Shown here: piece after piece, positions 20,879 through 26,508 of the stretch
Numbering within the stretch: position 1 is the first letter of the stretch
Layout of the letters: each line of letters begins with the position of its first letter
NCBI RefSeq assembly: GCF_006345805.1
Contig: NW_021834747.1
Location: 1-26,508, forward strand
DNA length: 26,508 nt
From: Octopus sinensis
Lineage: Eukaryota
Direction of reading: 5' to 3'
Notes under the pieces: generated by a model
Seen by the model: the letters and a program-made list of their open reading frames with translations, nothing else
Told to the model about the DNA's origin: nothing
The model's database searches: none
Made by a program: the position numbers and the translations under genes

Positions 20879-21245
20879 TATATATATTATATATATATAT
20901 TATCAGAGGAAGTGCATATTATTAGTTATGGGTATGAGACGCGTGTCTGCTAAGTTTGTGTCAAAACTGCATTCAACTAACCAAAAAAAATAAATAAATA
21001 AATCAGGCAGTCTTCCTGATAATTAGTAACTTCTTTGTCTATCTCCTTAACTTCTTTGAGATTTTAGGCATAATTATACTAATATGTCCATATGTTCTAA
21101 TTTAATTAAATTCTATGTCTTTGTGAAGCTGAGGATTTCTCTGCATTTTAAATTGATGTAATGATTGTATTGTTCAATTAAATGGAGTTGCATGAAACGA
21201 TCGTTCTGCATTACCTCTGGATATCCTTGTTGCTTATTTTGATAT

Positions 21246-21312
<67 letters not shown>

Positions 21313-21395
21313 CTGCGTGGTAAGAAGTTCCTCAAAGGGCCTTATTGCCTGCCTTATTCTTCTTTTCACTTCCTCATTAGTGACACGATCTCTAA

Positions 21396-21528
21396 TGTCA
21401 CATATAAAAGAGTCTTCTGTAAACTTATTCGTGAATTTCGAGTTTGAACCCTCCGATTATTTACTTTCCTATCTATGAAGAACCACAGCAAAGTACTACT
21501 CAGAGTTTCTACTCTCTTATATGTGACA
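21396..21528. mobile_element. Candidate 133-bp MITE with 18-bp TIRs and TAA flanks
   Basis: taa|tgtcacatataaaagagt ... actctcttatatgtgaca|taa; TIRs match 17/18. Confidence 0.45.
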
Positions 21529-21603
21529 TAAGAGTATAAACTTCCAAGATATATACCTACGAAGAATTACCATGAACTGTGGCTTTTCTGTTTTCTTGCT
21601 TAA

Positions 21604-21740
21604 TTATATATTATATTATATTATAGTATAGTATATTACATTATTATATATTATGTTATATTATATTATATTATATCATATTATATTATATTATATTATA
21701 TCATATTATATTATATTATATTATATTATAGTATAGTATA
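21604..21740. repeat. (TTATA)n pentanucleotide microsatellite
   Basis: Direct reading. Confidence 0.93.
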
Positions 21741-22474
21741 TTCACGTCCGTATCTCTATTTTATGACTGTTTTGATGTCATTAACAACCGCCTGTCCAGC
21801 TTTTATATTAGGCACCTGGTTTGGTCTGAGCATTAATTGTGTACATGCACTGTATGCCTTTTGTCGACGTATTCCTACTCATTACAAATGATTCATGAAT
21901 ATTTCCAAGGAAAAGATTTTGTCATCGCGACCCTTTCAAAATTATACCACGGCGTTTACAATAGGTACTGACACAAGATTTCGAACGAGATTTCGAACGA
22001 GACTTAATATATATTCTCCTACAATTTTAATTAACGCAATTATTCGACGATGTATCGCAGGATTTTTGTCGCTTATTGTTACATCTGCAACAGCAGTTGA
22101 TTGATTAACTGTGGATAACATAGTTTGCATGCAGTCTAATTAGTGAAATTATGCCCTCTACTATTGCCAACCTGAATAAGACTCAATAAGATCCACATGT
22201 GATAATTCGAATGTTTTCTAGAGATTTCCATTCCATATTTAGCTGAGAGCATGATAAATTGTTTTCTTATTCTTAATTAAGTGTTCTATTTAAAGGAGAA
22301 CTGGAACTTCACTTTCTTGTTAGCGCTGAACATTCACAGCAGAAAGATTTCAATGAGGATTAAAAGATAGGTCAGAGACATGCGTGGGTGAGATTTGAGG
22401 AATTTTGTTGGCGTTACAGTGGGAGCTAAAAAAAAGTTACTCTAATTCATATGTAAGTTAACATCAGCTTAAAC

Positions 22475-22475
<1 letters not shown>

Positions 22476-22518
<43 letters not shown>

Positions 22519-23163
22519 ATGATGATGATGATGATGATGATGATGCTGATGATGATGATGATGATGAGGAGGAGGAGGAGGAAGCAAAAGATTTGAAGTA
22601 GAGGATTTGATGAGAGGTGAAATGAAAATAAAGAGGAAGATGTGGTTTCTTTGTTGTGGATGAGAATGATTATGTCCTCCAGGATGCTGATGATGATGAT
22701 GATGATGACGACGACGATGATGATGTTGACGACAACGACGACGACGACGACGATGATGATGATGACGATGATCAGGAGGAGGAGGAAGAAGACTGCACCG
22801 TCGCCGCCGCCGCCGACCGACGACGACGATGATGGTGATGACGATTGTGACGATGATGACAATGATGATGACGACGACGACGACAATGATGATGATGACG
22901 ATGATGACGACGATGACGATCATGGCGACGATGACGATGACAGCGACGACGATGGCAGTGACGACGACAACGACGATATTGACGACGACGACGACGACGA
23001 TGATGATGATGATGATGATGATAATGATGATGATGATAATGATGATGATGATGAAGATGATGAAGATGATGAAGATGATGAAGATGATGAAGATGAAGAA
23101 GAAGAAGTAGAAGAAGAAGAAGAAGAAGAAGAAGAAGAAGAAGAAGAAGAAGAAGAAGAAGAA

Positions 23164-23210
<47 letters not shown>

Positions 23211-23236
23211 CAACAACGACACAGCGATGACGACGA
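22476..23236. repeat. Compound (GAT/GAC/GAA/GAG)n low-complexity tract
   Basis: Direct reading; produces the poly-D/E, poly-S and poly-I ORFs in the track. Confidence 0.95.
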
Positions 23237-23781
23237 TGTTGTGTGATAAAGTTGGAAATTACAGTAGCATGTCTCCTGAGGTGATTGGAAAGATTCAGAA
23301 GAGACTTAAGCGTATAATTTTTAATAAGAGAAGCTCTCTTATGCTAATAGATTCGACTGGCCCGAAATATAAAAGTCGCCTCGTTAATGACCTCATCTGA
23401 CATGTGGTCAACCGTAAATATCATGTCAGAGAACTGAGGAATAAGATGTGTAAGATGTAATTAATGAAATTAATCAAAACCAATTATGTTTACGGTATTA
23501 GTTAAGCGTTGCGTCGTTTTACTTCTTCCTTACCATTGACTTGATGCCATTACAAGTTATCGCTTACGATCCGGTTTGAATTTCCGGTAGAAACCAATTT
23601 CATTCACTTAAGCTGTTACTCTCCTGGAAGAGATGTATTTATTGGTGCGAGTTAACTATTAAAACAATAAAACCACTAATTTATAGCACCAATGGATGCG
23701 TCTTTCGTTGGTTCTTTTTTTTTTTTTTCAGTGCTGGGCTTATTATGGTGCAAATGGTAAATTGCAATTTATTTTTAATAA

Positions 23782-24132
23782 TCTTTAATTTTTAATCTTT
23801 ATCTGGTTTCAGCTTGAAAGTTGCGGTAATGCTGGAGTACTACCGTTGGATTTGCTGCACCTTCATTATTTGAAATCTTCTCTGATGCGTGGCATCTGGT
23901 GAATGATGGAGTTTGATGCTGCTGTCCTCATCTGTGTTTCTTGCCGTGACGTAGCCTTATCCAGAACCTTTGACAGGAGAATTCCAGTTTTGTTTTGAAA
24001 GACACCAAGCCGGTCTTTCTGGCATTTTGGAAGGATTTTGAAGAGCTGTAGCCCAAGCTGTTGCAGTATCTGCAGTATCTGGTCCAGTAATTTGATAGCA
24101 ATGTTGGGATCTGTGGCACTATGCAGCGAAAA
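23782..24132 (-). mobile_element. CR1 LINE 3' end (ORF2 C-terminus, 3' UTR and tail)
   Basis: Minus strand reads RCIVPQIPT...TRYC(RYC)NSLGY..., VSFKTKLE, ...TSRQETQMRTAASNSIIHQMPRIREDFK* (stop at 23866), then tail ggtagtactccagcattaccgca...gctgaaaccagataaagattaaaa. Confidence 0.72.
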
Positions 24133-24144
24133 AATGCTGGTAAT

Positions 24145-24365
24145 TCTTCTATTTTCCCTCTGACTTGTGTCAGTTATTGGGCTGCGGCCATGCTGGGGCA
24201 GCACCTCGAAGGGTTTAGTTGAACAAATCGAACTCAATACTTATTTGTTTGCAAGTCTGGTACTTATTCGATCGGTGGCTTTAACCGAACCGCTAGGTTA
24301 TGGGGACATAAACAAACCAACACTGGTTTTCAGGTGATGGTGGTGAGACAAACATAAAGACATAC
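24145..24365 (-). mobile_element. SINE family A, 3' half, diverged
   Basis: gctgcggccatgctggggcagcacc...ggtacttattcgatcgg...gaaccgctaggttatggggacataaac is the reverse complement of the family A body and tail. Confidence 0.85.
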
Positions 24366-24368
24366 ACG

Positions 24369-24405
<37 letters not shown>

Positions 24406-24459
24406 CCACACACACACACAACACACACACACACATATATATATTTAATATATATATAT

Positions 24460-24491
24460 AGATAGATAGATAGATAATAGATGATAGATAG

Positions 24492-24552
<61 letters not shown>
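24460..24552. repeat. (GATA)n microsatellite
   Basis: Direct reading. Confidence 0.95.
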
Positions 24553-24554
24553 TA

Positions 24555-25356
24555 CTACCTTAAGGTGACCCGCACGTAGGGCGGGTGAGGGTGTGATTGT
24601 TACTTTCTGTTGCTTCCTTTCTGTTTCTTATCGCCACATCTCTCTCTCTCGGACTCTCCCTCACTTTCTCTTACTCTATCTTTCTCTGTCTATCTCCCAT
24701 TTATAAAAAAGCAAAAAATCTTGAGTGAGTTGAGAAAGAAAATATTTTGAAAGATTAATCATAAATATCAGGCAGTGACAATGGAAAGCACATTTGCCTT
24801 TTGTACGTGCCACTATTTGAGCGATTAAAAATAAGGAAAAAAAGGATTTCTTTGTTAAATTTAGTACTTATTTTGGGAATTTTTCGATGATTGACCATGC
24901 AAATAAAAGCTCTAAACAGGGGCTGCATGCAGCTGTAAATTTCTTTCAGAAAAAAGGAAAACTGTAAACAATAAAAAATAAAGGGCAAAAATACGTAAAA
25001 ACGAGAAATTTTTTCAACTTCAAAAATCTAGCCTTAATTTTCAAAATTTCGAACCCATTTTCCGCGCTTAAATTACAAATCCGCTTCCACTTTGCCATGT
25101 TGAAAATTTGATTGAAATCTGGCAAAAGGCGTCCAATCTAGACCCTCAAGTGTCTCCCAAAATAAATAAAATCCCCGTTTTCACAGCAAAGCAACCACTG
25201 TAGTGCCCCAAAACGTTTCCCAATCAATTTTTCAACTCAGTTACCCTACTGTTTTTGTTTTATTTTATTCCCTTCCAGCCCCATTTAGACACATTTTTAT
25301 ATAAAAATCCAATTTGTATAAACGTTCGCCTTCTTCATTTTATAGATTAGATTAGA
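24555..25356 (-). mobile_element. Probable second non-autonomous Helitron (about 800 bp)
   Basis: Minus strand start A|TCTAATCTAATCTATAAAATGAAG (25356); perfect hairpin acccgc(7 nt)gcgggt 13 nt before the terminus ...AAGGTAG|T (24555). The end is GTAG rather than CTRR, so the call is tentative. Confidence 0.45.
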
Positions 25357-25540
25357 TGCCAATCGCGCCAATTTGGAGGGGCTAAAAAAATCACTCTTCT
25401 CACCATAGCACCCGCATATTTCCAAATGGCGAGTTTTAACTTATCACGCCTTCTATGCCTGTGTCAATTTTCAGCTCGATCCGACCACTGGTCTGGCCGC
25501 CAACCTCTGACGTAGCAAAATGTGCACACAATTTTGACCC

Positions 25541-25687
25541 AGTTCCCGTCTATTAAATCCACTCAAGGGCTTTGGTCGGCTTGGGCCTATAGTAAAAGAT
25601 ACTTGTCCAAGGCGTCACATAATGGGACTAAACCCGAAACAACGTGGTTGGGAAGCAATCTTCTTACCACACAGCTACATCTACGCC
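25541..25687 (-). mobile_element. SINE family A, 5' half, diverged
   Basis: Minus strand ggcgtagatgtagctgtgtggtaagaagattgcttcccaaccacg...gggtttagtccc...ccttggacaagtatctt. Confidence 0.85.
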
Positions 25688-25914
25688 TAATCGCATTTTT
25701 TTTTCCTGTTGGCCTAGTTCTAAATCAATAATTTATTTATATTGCGTATCTGTTAAACAACTTCAGTGATTTACTTGTCTAGCAAGTGGTTTGATCTGAA
25801 ACGTGTATTGAAAGTAAAACAATTACGGCACAGAAGACACATGTTAGCCATTCGAAAACACACAAAGACTGTTAACTTTATTATATGGTGCCAAATTTTT
25901 CGTCGTTCATCAAA

Positions 25915-26118
25915 TAATCCTTTCTACTATAAGTGCAAAGTCTAAAATATATGGGGAGGAGCTAAGTCGATTGCATCTACCTCAGTGATTAACTGGTATT
26001 TATTTATCGATATGAAATAATGAGAGGTAAAGTCAACCTCGGCGGAACTCAGAACGGAAGACAGATGAAAAGCCGCGTAATATTTCGTCGATGCGGTAGC
26101 GATTACACCAGCTGACCG
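25915..26118 (-). mobile_element. SINE family B, old copy
   Basis: aactggtatttatttatcga...aggtaaagtcaacctcggcggaactcagaacg matches the family B central domain. Confidence 0.75.
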
Positions 26119-26229
26119 CTCTACTGACACCAGATAATGATTGTTTAAACGAAATTAACAATGTCTGTTGGTTTCTGTGACAGGTGGTTTTATTTTACGT
26201 GTATAAGGTGTTAGCCTATACCGTAACCT

Positions 26230-26508
26230 CTGAATTTGGAGGGCCGATGTGTATACTTTAGTCTGACTCCTCGTCTTCGACCAAACCAGCAAGGTTAAAT
26301 CTACCGGGGGAACACGTCCCCCACTGGCAAATGCTCTAGGGATCATAAGAGTACGCAAGCCTCCCCGCCACGTCAAGGCCACACACAGGAAGCAGCCAAG
26401 GAACCCGCCAATGACCGCAAAAAGTGGAAAACAACTGTTGAGGCCCTATGATCCACGAGGGCAACAAAGAAGAAGAAGAAGAAGAAGAAGAAGAAGAAGA
26501 AGAAGAAA
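26230..26508 (+). mobile_element. RTE-like LINE derivative: 5'UTR-like segment joined to a 3' end with a (GAA)n tail
   Basis: gtacgcaagcctccccgccacgtcaagg (about 26351-26378) resembles RTE 5' regions (recall). 26385-26466 reads EAAKEPANDRKKWKQLLRPYDPRG, like the A.DR..W..L C-terminus of RTE ORFs, then (GAA)n to the window end. Confidence 0.45.

Noticed and set aside
22642-23400. 252-aa poly-D/E ORF suggesting an acidic biomineral or nucleolar protein
   Set aside because: It is a pure (GAT/GAC/GAA)n tract that cannot contain stops in that frame. There is no splice or promoter evidence, and the unique C-terminal 55 aa are unrecognisable.
1-26508. CRISPR arrays, true tRNA genes, prokaryotic operons or defence systems
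   Set aside because: No repeat-spacer periodicity and no gene-dense ORFs. The tRNA-like segments are SINE heads that lack a complete cloverleaf and continue into SINE bodies.

Overview
AT-rich, repeat-saturated eukaryotic DNA with no supportable host gene. The SINE families look like those of octopus (coleoid cephalopod); this is recall-based inference, not a database result. Nearly all long ORFs in the track are translated microsatellites. The window contains: three tRNA-derived SINE families (about 12 copies or fragments); two decayed DD37D (maT) transposons and an internally deleted mariner; CR1-type LINE fragments (RT domain and a 3' end); RTE-like LINE ends; one clear and one probable non-autonomous Helitron; and several Penelope-like or retrozyme-like non-coding repeats. 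The most notable signal is six type I hammerhead-ribozyme-shaped motifs, at about 6062, 15059, 19064 and 19119 (one per arm of a palindrome), 19371 and 20606. Most lie in partial-tandem units of 361-422 bp or in long palindromes (79-bp and about 160-bp arms). Several keep all helices but have non-canonical cores (CCGCCGA in both palindrome arms, CCGATGA, TTGAAAA). One 422-bp unit starts almost exactly at its own predicted cleavage site. The CR1 3' tail is shared with the dominant SINE. None of the ribozyme activity can be shown from sequence alone.
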